64,000 bases of DNA from Bacillota bacterium (GTDB lineage: Bacteria > Bacillota > Clostridia > Oscillospirales > Ruminococcaceae). Under the pieces are notes generated by a model. The model was not told where the DNA came from. It did not search any database and worked only from the letters and a program-made list of their open reading frames with translations. A program made the position numbers and the translations under genes. This document shows positions 17,734-28,686 of the stretch, piece after piece. Numbering within the stretch: position 1 is the first letter of the stretch; the number at the start of each line of letters is the position of its first letter. The stretch lies in the NCBI GenBank assembly GCA_023443315.1, contig JAEZVA010000028.1:1-64000 (forward strand), read 5' to 3'.

Positions 17734-19570
17734 GGCATACACCTCCCTTTGCTACGGCGGCGCCACATGCCGAGCAAAGCTGTCTGCAATGTGGCGTAGT
17801 CAGGCTGTCAAGCGCGCGCTTATGCTCTCGAACCAAAAACTCCTTGGAGATATAGTAGTCGAGGTGATCCCACGGCATAATCTCGTTATAGTCGCGACGG
17901 CGGTTTGCGTAAAAGGAGGGGTCAATTCCCTGTTCCTTTAGAATACGCATCCAGTCAGTAAAGCGAAACAGCTCGTCCCACCCGTCAAAATAACATCCCT
18001 CTAAAAATGCCGCTTCAATCACTCTGCCTAGTCTACGGTCTCCTCGCGCAAACACTGCTTCAAGAATACTAGTGTTGACGCTATGGTAGCTAAGAGATAT
18101 CTTTCGGCTGGTAAAAGTCTTTCGCAGCAGGGACTGCTTGTACTCAATCTGCTCGCGGGTATCCTGCGGTTCAAACTCAAACGGGGTAAACGCCTTGGGA
18201 ACAAAGGTTGCGACGCTTACGCCCACATTGACCCCCTTGCCCTTTTGTCTGTTCGGTAGGGAGTAATACAGATCAACAATCTTCTGCGCTAGCTGTATAA
18301 CGCCCATCACGTCTTCATCCGTTTCGGTTGGAAGCCCCAGCATAAAGTAAAGCTTTACGCTGGTATAGCCGCCCTCAAACGACTGCCTGCAGGTTTTAAG
18401 TACCTCCTGCTCGGTGATGTTCTTGTTGATGACGTCGCGTAGGCGCTGGGTGCCCGCCTCAGGTGCAAAGGTCAGCCCGCTTTTTCGCACCTGCTTAATC
18501 TGTTCCATCAGTTCCTGCGGGAAGTTATCGATGCGCAGGCTTGGCAGCGAAAGGTTTATCTTCTGCTCGCTTGTCCATCCAATCATCTGCCCAAGAAGCC
18601 CTTCTAATTGAGAGTAATCGCTTGTACTGAGTGAGGAAAGCGAAATCTCCTCATAGCCTGTGGTCGCACACAGATCGCGTGCGTTGGCGTTGAGTGTTTC
18701 TCTGGCCTTTTCCCGTAGGGGGCGATAGATAAAGCCCGCCTGACAAAAACGGCAGCCTCGCAGACAGCCGCGCATCACCTCTAGCTGTGCACGGTCGTGA
18801 ACGATACTGGTAAACGGTACGACAAAGGTGTCGGGGTAGTAGACCGAGTCAAGGTCGCGGATAATCGCCTTGCGTACCGTTTGAGGCGCGCCGTCAAGTG
18901 CGGTTACCCCCAAAATCGTGCCGTCATCATGGTATGCGACATCATACAGGCTCGGCACATACACACCCTCGATGTGCGCTGCAAGGCGCAGGAACTCCGT
19001 TTTGCTAAGCCCTTCTTCCTTTGCGGCAAGGTACAGGTCACACAAGGCAAGGATATGCTCCTCGCCTTCACCCAGCATAAACAGGTCAATAAAATCGCTC
19101 ATTGGCTCCGGATTACAGGTGCAGGGACCTCCGGCGACAACAAGCGGCCAAAGCTCCTTGCGCTCGGACGCGCGAAGCGGGATGCCCGCAAGCGACAGCA
19201 TATACAGCACGTTGGTATAGCTCAGCTCATATTGCAGGGAAAACCCCACGATATCAAAGCCCGAAATCGGGTCGAGGCTCTCCAGCCCATACAGGGGGAT
19301 ATCGTTTTCCATCATCCGGTCGCGCATATCAATCCACGGCGCAAACACACGCTCGCACCAGAACTCTTCGCGGCTGTTCAGCAGCGAATACAGTATCTTC
19401 ATCCCAAGGTGAGACATCCCAATCTCATAGGTGTCTGGAAAACAGAACGCAAACCGAAGTTTTACCTCGTTTGCGTCCTTTACTACACTGCCAAGCTCAC
19501 CTCCGACATACCGAGCGGGGCGTTCAACCAGCGGCAGCACCGCGTCTAGCTTGTCCTTTAAATTACTCAT
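17720..19570 (-). CDS. B12-binding-domain radical SAM protein (TIGR03960-like)
   Basis: 616 aa. CxxxCxxC cluster motif in MRGCLRGCRFCQAGF. Paired with the DUF2344 partner. Confidence 0.85.
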   Translation of the reverse strand: MSNLKDKLDAVLPLVERPARYVGGELGSVVKDANEVKLRFAFCFPDTYEIGMSHLGMKILYSLLNSREEFWCERVFAPWIDMRDRMMENDIPLYGLESLDPISGFDIVGFSLQYELSYTNVLYMLSLAGIPLRASERKELWPLVVAGGPCTCNPEPMSDFIDLFMLGEGEEHILALCDLYLAAKEEGLSKTEFLRLAAHIEGVYVPSLYDVAYHDDGTILGVTALDGAPQTVRKAIIRDLDSVYYPDTFVVPFTSIVHDRAQLEVMRGCLRGCRFCQAGFIYRPLREKARETLNANARDLCATTGYEEISLSSLSTSDYSQLEGLLGQMIGWTSEQKINLSLPSLRIDNFPQELMEQIKQVRKSGLTFAPEAGTQRLRDVINKNITEQEVLKTCRQSFEGGYTSVKLYFMLGLPTETDEDVMGVIQLAQKIVDLYYSLPNRQKGKGVNVGVSVATFVPKAFTPFEFEPQDTREQIEYKQSLLRKTFTSRKISLSYHSVNTSILEAVFARGDRRLGRVIEAAFLEGCYFDGWDELFRFTDWMRILKEQGIDPSFYANRRRDYNEIMPWDHLDYYISKEFLVREHKRALDSLTTPHCRQLCSACGAAVAKGGVCHEKR

Positions 19571-19677
19571 AATAAGACCTTTGCCTTTCTATGCCCTTAC
19601 CGAGACACACCGTAAAAGTTGGTATATTGTCTTTACTGATTAATCTATATTTCGAAAAAAGTGATTATTGAATTATA

Positions 19678-20286
19678 TTATAGCATAACCTTCGTGTTTT
19701 TTGCTCGTTGCCCCATCAATAAACTCAAAGCCAGAAAGACACACACTATTAGCAGCGAAAAATTGTGTGTGGGACGCAGGAACAGTATTAGACCAAAAAC
19801 AAATAAAGGTAAAATGATAAGTACCGAAAGTACAATTGCCGCGCGTCCACCCTTTTGTTCCCCTAAGATTTTCACCAAAATCAGGCTAGCCACCCGTCCG
19901 CCGTCAAGTGCGCCTACCGGCAAAAGGTTAAACACACCAATCCACAGGTTTACGGCGCTGATAAGCGATACACTCTGTAGATCAGACGAAACACACAACA
20001 AGAACAGCAGTAGGTTCGCGAGTGGCCCCGCCAACAGCACTACAAGCTCTTCCCAAACCAGCAGTGCGTCTACCCGCGTAATGCGGATGCCAAACGCCTC
20101 AAAGCTGACGGTGGTAACTTCACCCTTTAATGCAAGTAGTGCCGTCAGATGGGCAAGCTCATGTACGGCTGACGACAAAAAGGCACACAGCATAACGCCC
20201 GAGGTATCAAGCAGCATTAGAAGAACCATCGCCGCGATAAACAAGAACTTAATCTCTATTTTAATCCCGCAAAGATTAAAGCACAT
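19678..20286 (-). CDS. M50-family site-2 metalloprotease, short form without a CBS/PDZ domain (SpoIVFB-like core)
   Basis: HELAH zinc motif and NLLPVGALDGG (NxxPxxxLDG) embedded in TM helices. Only 202 aa. It overlaps the upstream M23 gene by 11 nt. Confidence 0.8.
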   Translation of the reverse strand: MCFNLCGIKIEIKFLFIAAMVLLMLLDTSGVMLCAFLSSAVHELAHLTALLALKGEVTTVSFEAFGIRITRVDALLVWEELVVLLAGPLANLLLFLLCVSSDLQSVSLISAVNLWIGVFNLLPVGALDGGRVASLILVKILGEQKGGRAAIVLSVLIILPLFVFGLILFLRPTHNFSLLIVCVFLALSLLMGQRAKNTKVML

Positions 20287-21109
20287 TTAGCCCATCCCTG
20301 TCAAATATCCACATCGGATCGGTACAAAGCCCGTCCTTACGAATCTCAAAATGTAGATGGGAGCCGGTAGTCAGCCCAGTATCACCAACGAGCGCAATGG
20401 TTTCCCCACTTTTTATTCTTGCGCCGACCTGGGCAACAATGCTATCGCAGTGGCAGTAGACGGTGTAAAAACGCGCACCGTGGTCAAGCACAATCGTGTT
20501 ACCATAATTTTCGCTGTAGCTGATGTCATGAACCGTTCCACTTACCGCTGCCATAATGCGTGTTCCGCGCGGTGCGGCGATATCAATGCCTGTATGAAAG
20601 TCGCGTTTACCCGTTACGGGATGAGTGCGATAGCCAAAGCCACATGAAACAGTGCCCCCATCCACCGGGTAAAGCAGGCTGCCGAGTAATGTAACGGGCG
20701 AAAAAGTTGCCCCGTCAGGTGCCTTCACGCGTCGCGATGACAATGCCATAACATCGGGAGACGATTCATACATAGAAAAAGCAGGCATTTCATCTTGTAT
20801 GCCTGCTTTTTCGTCTGCACCACTAGTTAGGAACGAAAAGGTTTGCTGCACCGCGTCTTCAATCGCCTTGTAGTTGTCGTTTAGCAGTTTGCCGGTCGCG
20901 CTGTGGCTGACAACCTGGTCGTAGGACTGTTTCAGCACTTCAAAGGCAGGTCCGCCAAACTGTTTTACCATAAGAACGGTAAGCAAAATCAGCACACACA
21001 AAAACAGTTGTAAGGTTATAATCTTTGTGTAGCTTGGTCCTTTTGCCTGTTTGTCCTGATTGGTTCGCGGTGTTCGCTCGCGGTACTGAGCACGGTCTGT
21101 TTCGGTCAT
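20276..21109 (-). CDS. M23/LytM-family metallopeptidase with an N-terminal membrane anchor (in the position of SpoIVFA)
   Basis: HTGIDIAAPRGT and GSHLHFEI motifs. Start at ATG 21109 with AGGAGTG 8 nt upstream. The track start at 21145 lacks an RBS. Confidence 0.82.
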   Translation of the reverse strand: MTETDRAQYRERTPRTNQDKQAKGPSYTKIITLQLFLCVLILLTVLMVKQFGGPAFEVLKQSYDQVVSHSATGKLLNDNYKAIEDAVQQTFSFLTSGADEKAGIQDEMPAFSMYESSPDVMALSSRRVKAPDGATFSPVTLLGSLLYPVDGGTVSCGFGYRTHPVTGKRDFHTGIDIAAPRGTRIMAAVSGTVHDISYSENYGNTIVLDHGARFYTVYCHCDSIVAQVGARIKSGETIALVGDTGLTTGSHLHFEIRKDGLCTDPMWIFDRDGLNVL

Positions 21110-21201
21110 AGCAGTCACACTCCTGAATATAGTATATTCTGTCATGTGACCAATAATAACTTCTAAGCAAATAAGTGTTTTCGGGTTAAACTGTTGCCAA
21201 A

Positions 21202-22650
21202 TTAGGAATGTTCAATTGCCGACAACATAATGTCGCGCAAAACAGCGGGGTTACCCTGACCTTTAGATGCCTTCATGCACTGACCAACCAAAAAACCGAG
21301 CGCATTTGTTTTGCCCGCCTTGTAATCCACCACCGATTTTTCGTTTGCGGCAAGCACCTCGCGGACAATCTGCTCCAGTGCCGAGTTGTCGCTAATCTGT
21401 GCAAGACCTTTATCTTTTACAATCAAATCAGGAGAAACGTCCCTCTCAACCAGTTCTTCAAGCACCGTCTTGCCTGCGGTGTTGGAGATCGCACCGCTTT
21501 CAATCAACGCTACCATATGAACCAGATTGTTTGGTGTGAGCGCGGTATCCGAAATCTCACAGCCGCGCACTCCCAAAATCCTGCTGATATCACCAAGCAG
21601 CCAATTTAAGATGTTTTTAGGCTTGCACCTGTTCAGGGCGACACACTCCTCAAAAAAGCGCGCCTTCTCAATGCTCTCTACCAACAAACCTGCCTCAAAT
21701 TCGGGTAGTTCATATTCCTTGATGTACCGCATCCGTTTTTTGTTTGGAAGCTCCGGCAAGCTTTCCTTCAAGCTTTTAACGACCTCATTCGGTACAACGA
21801 TGGTACCAAGGTCAGGCTCGGGAAAGTAGCGGTAGTCCATTGCGTCCTCTTTGCTGCGAAGTAGCACATTCTTGTTGTTTGCAGCATCCCAGCGGCGGGT
21901 CTCCTGCTGGATTGTCCCACCGTTTTCTAGTACTTCTATCTGACGCTTTGCCTCGTACTCTATCGCGCTTACCGTATTGCTAAAGCCGTTGACATTTTTG
22001 GTTTCTACGCGGGTGCCGAATGAAGTCGCACCCTTTTTCATCACCGAAACATTAACGTCACAGCGAATCGAGCCTTCCTGCATCTTACAGTCGGAGATAT
22101 CGAGGTATTGCAGAATGGAACGCATGGTGTCGAGGTACGCCTTTGCCTCGGCAGAGCTGCGCATATCGGGTTCTGACACTATCTCAATAAGCGGTACGCC
22201 ACAGCGGTTCAAATCAACCAGAGATCCCGAAAAGCTATCGTCATGCAACAGCTTGCCTGCGTCCTCTTCGATGTGGATTCTGGTTACCCCAATGCGTTTT
22301 TCCTTACCGTCTACCAAAACATCCAGATACCCGTTCTCGCACAGAGGAATGTCGTACTGAGAGATTTGATACGCCTTGGGCAGGTCGGGATAATAGTAGC
22401 TCTTTCTATCCTGCTTACAGACGTTGTTGATGGTACAGTTTAGGGCATGCCCCATCTTCACCGCGGATTCTACGACCCGTTCATTGAGTGTGGGCAGCGT
22501 ACCCGGCATACCCGAGCAGATTGGGCAGACGTTTGCGTTTACCTCGCCGCCAAACTCGTTTTTACAGGAACAGTATATCTTGGATTTTGTGTTGAGCTCT
22601 GCATGCATCTCAAGCCCAACCACAATCTCATACTCATTTTGTGGCATCAT
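21202..22650 (-). CDS. gatB: Asp/Glu-tRNA amidotransferase subunit B
   Basis: YEIVVGLEMHAEL N-terminus and a GatB/YqeY C-terminal domain. Part of the gatCAB order. Confidence 0.95.
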   Translation of the reverse strand: MMPQNEYEIVVGLEMHAELNTKSKIYCSCKNEFGGEVNANVCPICSGMPGTLPTLNERVVESAVKMGHALNCTINNVCKQDRKSYYYPDLPKAYQISQYDIPLCENGYLDVLVDGKEKRIGVTRIHIEEDAGKLLHDDSFSGSLVDLNRCGVPLIEIVSEPDMRSSAEAKAYLDTMRSILQYLDISDCKMQEGSIRCDVNVSVMKKGATSFGTRVETKNVNGFSNTVSAIEYEAKRQIEVLENGGTIQQETRRWDAANNKNVLLRSKEDAMDYRYFPEPDLGTIVVPNEVVKSLKESLPELPNKKRMRYIKEYELPEFEAGLLVESIEKARFFEECVALNRCKPKNILNWLLGDISRILGVRGCEISDTALTPNNLVHMVALIESGAISNTAGKTVLEELVERDVSPDLIVKDKGLAQISDNSALEQIVREVLAANEKSVVDYKAGKTNALGFLVGQCMKASKGQGNPAVLRDIMLSAIEHS

Positions 22651-22665
22651 CTTCGTCCCCTTTCC

Positions 22666-24132
22666 TCATCTTGCGGCACAAACAACGTTTGCCGCACCCC
22701 CGTGCATCTCTTCAACAAGAGACGCTACCTCGAATAAAGCCTGTTCTGAGAACCTGGGTCCAATAATCTGCATACCAACAGGTAATCCCTTGCTGTCTTT
22801 TCCGCATGGAACCGAGATAGCGGGTAGCCCTGCGATATTCACCGTTACGGTACAGATATCCGACGCATACATCTTAACGGGGTCACTCGACTTTTCACCC
22901 AAGCGGAATGCAGTATCGGGCGCTGTTGGGGTAATAATCACATCGCAGGTCGTAAATGCGTCCTCAAACTCCTGCGTAATCTTCTTTTGAAACAGCTTCG
23001 CCTTCTTATAATAGGCATCGTAGTAGCCCGAGCTAAGCACAAAGGTGCCGAGCATGATGCGACGCTTAACCTCGTCGCCAAAGCCTTCGCTGCGGGTTTT
23101 CTCGTACATGTCGATAAGTCCGTCAAACTGCTCCGCGCGATAGCCGTATTTTACGCCGTCAAACCGAGCCAGATTCGAGGACGCCTCCGCGGAGGAGATG
23201 ATGTAATAAGCAGAAAGCGCGTGATCGGTACTCGGTAGTGAAATTGGTTTCACTGTGGCACCCGCCTGCTCAAGAAGCCTCACTGCGGCAGTCACCTTTT
23301 CTTTTACCTCATCATCCACGCCGTCCGAAAAATACTCGGCAGGGATTCCGATAACAAGCCCTTTTGGGTTTGCCATTGAGATGCTCGTGAAATTGGGGTA
23401 AATGTGAACTACGGTGGTAGCGTCTTTTGCGTCGTGACCGCAGATTGCGCCGTACATCAATGCCACATCCGCAACACTTCTACCAAACGGTCCAATCTGG
23501 TCAAGGGAGGATGCAAACGCCACAAGCCCATACCGGGAAACACTTCCATAGGTGGGCTTTAAACCGACGATGCCGCAGTAGCTTGCTGGCATACGAATGG
23601 AGCCGCCCGTATCAGAGCCTAGCGACAAAAAGGCCTCCCCCGCCGCGACAGAGGCGGCGCTTCCACCCGAAGAACCACCGGGAACACGCGCTAGGTCATG
23701 GGGGTTTTTGGTTTTTTTGTAGTGGGAGTTCTCGCAGGAGGAGCCCATCGCAAACTCATCTAGATTGAGCTTGCCAATCATCACCGCGTCAATCGCATTC
23801 AGGCGCTCGACAACGGTTGCGTTATAGGGCGGTATAAAGTTACCCAGTATTTTTGAAGCACAGGTCGTCGGTACATTCTTGGTGCAGATGTTATCCTTAA
23901 TCGCGATGGGAACGCCAGCAAGGGGTGAAAGGGGCTCCCCCTTGGCTCGTTTTTCGTCCACGTCACGCGCCTTTTGTAGCGCCGCATCCTTTGTTAGGGT
24001 AAGGAATGCGTCAACGCGGTTTTCCACCTCGTCAATGCGCGAAAATACCGATTGGGTCGCTTCTACCGCAGTACATTCTCCACTTTGCAATTTATGTGAA
24101 AGCTGTGTGGCCGTCAGTTCATATAGATTCAT
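22666..24132 (-). CDS. gatA: Asp/Glu-tRNA amidotransferase subunit A
   Basis: Amidase signature GGSSGGSAASVAAG. Confidence 0.95.
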   Translation of the reverse strand: MNLYELTATQLSHKLQSGECTAVEATQSVFSRIDEVENRVDAFLTLTKDAALQKARDVDEKRAKGEPLSPLAGVPIAIKDNICTKNVPTTCASKILGNFIPPYNATVVERLNAIDAVMIGKLNLDEFAMGSSCENSHYKKTKNPHDLARVPGGSSGGSAASVAAGEAFLSLGSDTGGSIRMPASYCGIVGLKPTYGSVSRYGLVAFASSLDQIGPFGRSVADVALMYGAICGHDAKDATTVVHIYPNFTSISMANPKGLVIGIPAEYFSDGVDDEVKEKVTAAVRLLEQAGATVKPISLPSTDHALSAYYIISSAEASSNLARFDGVKYGYRAEQFDGLIDMYEKTRSEGFGDEVKRRIMLGTFVLSSGYYDAYYKKAKLFQKKITQEFEDAFTTCDVIITPTAPDTAFRLGEKSSDPVKMYASDICTVTVNIAGLPAISVPCGKDSKGLPVGMQIIGPRFSEQALFEVASLVEEMHGGAANVVCAAR

Positions 24133-24173
24133 GTTCTACTACCATGCCTTTCCGGATGTAAATGTATTGTCAA

Positions 24174-24446
24174 TTATTCCTCTACAACCTTGGGTACTAC
24201 AAAGCAGCCCGCCTCCATCATGGGCGCATTTTGCAATATCTCTTTGCGTGTGGTTGTCGCTATCACCTTGTCCTCTCGCAAGGGCATGGGGTTACTGGGG
24301 TCAAGGGTAAGCGTCATATCGGTTACATCGGGCAGGCGGTCCACCATATTCACAATGTTCTGCATATCCGCTTGGAACCGCGGAATATCCTCTTCGCTAA
24401 TGGTCAGGCGTGAAAGCTTGGCCACCTTTTTAATGTCGATGTTCAT
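24174..24446 (-). CDS. gatC: Asp/Glu-tRNA amidotransferase subunit C
   Basis: 90 aa. IKKVAKLSRLTISEEDI is a typical GatC segment. It lies upstream of gatA. Confidence 0.92.
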   Translation of the reverse strand: MNIDIKKVAKLSRLTISEEDIPRFQADMQNIVNMVDRLPDVTDMTLTLDPSNPMPLREDKVIATTTRKEILQNAPMMEAGCFVVPKVVEE

Positions 24447-24513
24447 TTCGTTTCCTTGCCTTTCTGAGTATTCTTGTTGAGTAATGTCATCTATAAGAAC
24501 TCTGTTCTATCGT

Positions 24514-26595
<2,082 letters not shown>

Positions 26596-26631
26596 TTATA
26601 GCATATTATGCCCGCCATTTGTATTAGAGAT

Positions 26632-27312
26632 TTAATTGTTTCCATAATCGTTTATCTTCGAAATAAGCGGAGACTCATCCCCAGTTACCTCGGTAAAGGA
26701 ATCGGGAACCTTGCCGACGATGATATTGTCTACAATGATAAAATTGCACGGAACCTCTACGCGGCTGGAATGCCCTGCAACCATTGCAGTGACTACGATA
26801 TTTACCTCCAGAACAATACGGTGACGGGTCTGATTGATACCCGCATCGTCAAAAGAGTGTGTGAATTGTGTCACAATCTCACTTGCTGGTGCAATGCGAA
26901 ATGGCACCGTAGGTCCGCGCCCTACAAAAATCTGGCTGCCAAGTAGGGTGCCTATGTGAATCTTCACCTCGGTCTCTGTAATATCACTCAGCCCATCCAA
27001 AATGGACGTTGTTAAGCGAGATTTTAGAATATTGATGGTTACCGTGTTAGTCTCCATCGCAGTAACCATCCCATCTGCGTCGGTGGATACGTTAACGATA
27101 TCGGTATACTGAATTTTACTGTTCTCAAGCTCCGCTATAACGGCCTCGTTAATAATTCGCGTTGCAAGCGTCTTTGCCTGGTACTCCGAAAAGGTATCAA
27201 CAATCGGGCGCATTTTAATATCACAGAATATCAAGGTAGCAAGCACAACAGCAAGTGAGAACATGAGTTTTAATCTCAGTCTCTGAGCATCGTCAATCCG
27301 CATCCTGCGCAT
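26632..27312 (-). CDS. yunB: Sporulation protein YunB
   Basis: N-terminal TM segment, then MRPIVDTFSEYQAKTLATRIINEAV, which is characteristic of the YunB family. Confidence 0.85.
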   Translation of the reverse strand: MRRMRIDDAQRLRLKLMFSLAVVLATLIFCDIKMRPIVDTFSEYQAKTLATRIINEAVIAELENSKIQYTDIVNVSTDADGMVTAMETNTVTINILKSRLTTSILDGLSDITETEVKIHIGTLLGSQIFVGRGPTVPFRIAPASEIVTQFTHSFDDAGINQTRHRIVLEVNIVVTAMVAGHSSRVEVPCNFIIVDNIIVGKVPDSFTEVTGDESPLISKINDYGNN

Positions 27313-27461
27313 CCTGCCCCGCCGCCTCTCTCGTTGAATAACTGCTTTATTTATACCAAAAAGAACGATGTTCCCAGATGTTTAATGATAAAATATCAAA
27401 TCTTTTCAGTTATATATATTCGGCATAGCTCGGGCATGTTCTTATTATCAGCGCTTTGGTG

Positions 27462-27500
27462 CACAAAAGGTCCGCGGCGCTAATGCACCACGGACCTTTT
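27462..27500 (-). terminator. Rho-independent terminator after pfkA
   Basis: Minus strand: AAAGGTCCGTGG-loop-CCGCGGACCTTT (12 bp, 1 G-U) running into TTTTGTG. Confidence 0.75.
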
Positions 27501-27517
27501 ATCATGTACTAGAGAAT

Positions 27518-28504
27518 TTAAATAGAAATCTGATGCGCAACCTTATACGCGTGATGGTCGATATCCTTCTTCATCTGTAGCGCCTCGTAAATATCGATGT
27601 CAACAATCTTATTCTCACGCATAACAACAACGCGGTTGCCAATACCCTTTGCCAACAAATCAACCGCATAGTTGCCCATTAAGCTTGCAAACACACGATC
27701 CTCGACAGTAGGAGATCCGCCGCGCTGTACATGACCGAGGACGGTAGCACGGGTTTCAATCTTGGTGTTTTCCTGAATCATCTTCGCAAGCTCTTCAATG
27801 CTGGGGGTTCCGTCAGCAACAACGCCTTCCGCCACCACAACAATAAAATGGTGCTTTCCGGTGCCCTGTGTTTTCATCATGCGAGCATATACATCTCGCT
27901 TAAGATCATACTCGATCTCTGGTACAAGGATTGCAGTGGCACCACAGGCAATGCCCGTATTCAGTGCAATATGACCAGCGTGTCTGCCCATTACTTCGAC
28001 GACACTGCAGCGGTCATGAGACTGTGCGGTGTCACGCAGTCTGTCTACCATCTGCATCGCAGTATTCATCGCGGTATCATATCCAATCGTGTAGTCAGAC
28101 GCGGCGATATCGTTATCGATGGTGCCGGGAATGCCGACGCAGGGAATTCCGAGCATGGAAAGATCGCGTGCACCGCGGAAGGACCCATCTCCACCTATCA
28201 CCACAACGCCGTCTATTTTTTCCCTTATGCAGGTTTCTTTTGCCTCTTCTACCCCTTCGGGATCACGGAATCTCGCGCAGCGAGCAGTATAGAGCATCGT
28301 GCCTCCGCGATGTATAATATCCGAAACATCGCGCAGATTCATTTCCCTCATTTCGCCCGAAATCAGTCCATTGTAGCCACGCATAATCCCCATAACGCGA
28401 AGACCCATATTCAAGCCGGTCCTTACCACAGCGCGGACAGCGGCATTCATACCAGGGGCATCTCCTCCGCTTGTTAACACGCCAATTGTTTTAATCTGAT
28501 TCAT
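27518..28504 (-). CDS. pfkA: ATP-dependent 6-phosphofructokinase
   Basis: Motifs GVLTSGGDAPGMNAA, GGDGS and GIPGTIDND. Confidence 0.95.
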   Translation of the reverse strand: MNQIKTIGVLTSGGDAPGMNAAVRAVVRTGLNMGLRVMGIMRGYNGLISGEMREMNLRDVSDIIHRGGTMLYTARCARFRDPEGVEEAKETCIREKIDGVVVIGGDGSFRGARDLSMLGIPCVGIPGTIDNDIAASDYTIGYDTAMNTAMQMVDRLRDTAQSHDRCSVVEVMGRHAGHIALNTGIACGATAILVPEIEYDLKRDVYARMMKTQGTGKHHFIVVVAEGVVADGTPSIEELAKMIQENTKIETRATVLGHVQRGGSPTVEDRVFASLMGNYAVDLLAKGIGNRVVVMRENKIVDIDIYEALQMKKDIDHHAYKVAHQISI

Positions 28505-28616
28505 ACATCCCCATGCCTTTCCGATACCATGCCGCTATGGTATAGTACCAACTTGTTATTCGTCGTAGTACTGTTTTAACAATTCTTCTATGTACAGAAC
28601 ATGCTATCAAAAAAAT

Positions 28617-28645
28617 ATTATAATATATCGCTGATGCTTTTTCAA
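28617..28645 (-). promoter_or_regulatory. Sigma-A-type promoter for pfkA
   Basis: Minus strand: TTGAAA (28645-28640), a 17-nt spacer, then TATAAT (28622-28617). Leader of about 105 nt. Confidence 0.65.
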
Positions 28646-28686
28646 TAACTAAAGCCAGAGTTTTGTAGATATAAGGTCGATTACCA

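Noticed and set aside
18797-19549. A 250-aa plus-strand ORF. Similar long plus-strand ORFs lie at 27731-28477, 52538-53254, 19661-20290 and 22424-22990.
   Set aside because: Each lies entirely antisense to a confidently identified minus-strand gene (the radical SAM protein, pfkA, relA, the M50 protease and gatB). Their translations are low-complexity and Arg/Ser/Cys-rich, with no recognisable motif. These are typical shadow ORFs.
14198-24446. Co-occurrence of AsnRS, an aspartate-aminotransferase-like enzyme and GatCAB within 10 kb, as a possible dedicated Asn-tRNA supply module.
   Set aside because: The genes lie in separate transcription units, separated by unrelated genes (the radical-SAM pair and the proteases). 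GatCAB next to ligA is the standard Firmicute arrangement, needed for Gln-tRNA formation. Nothing here indicates a functional cluster.
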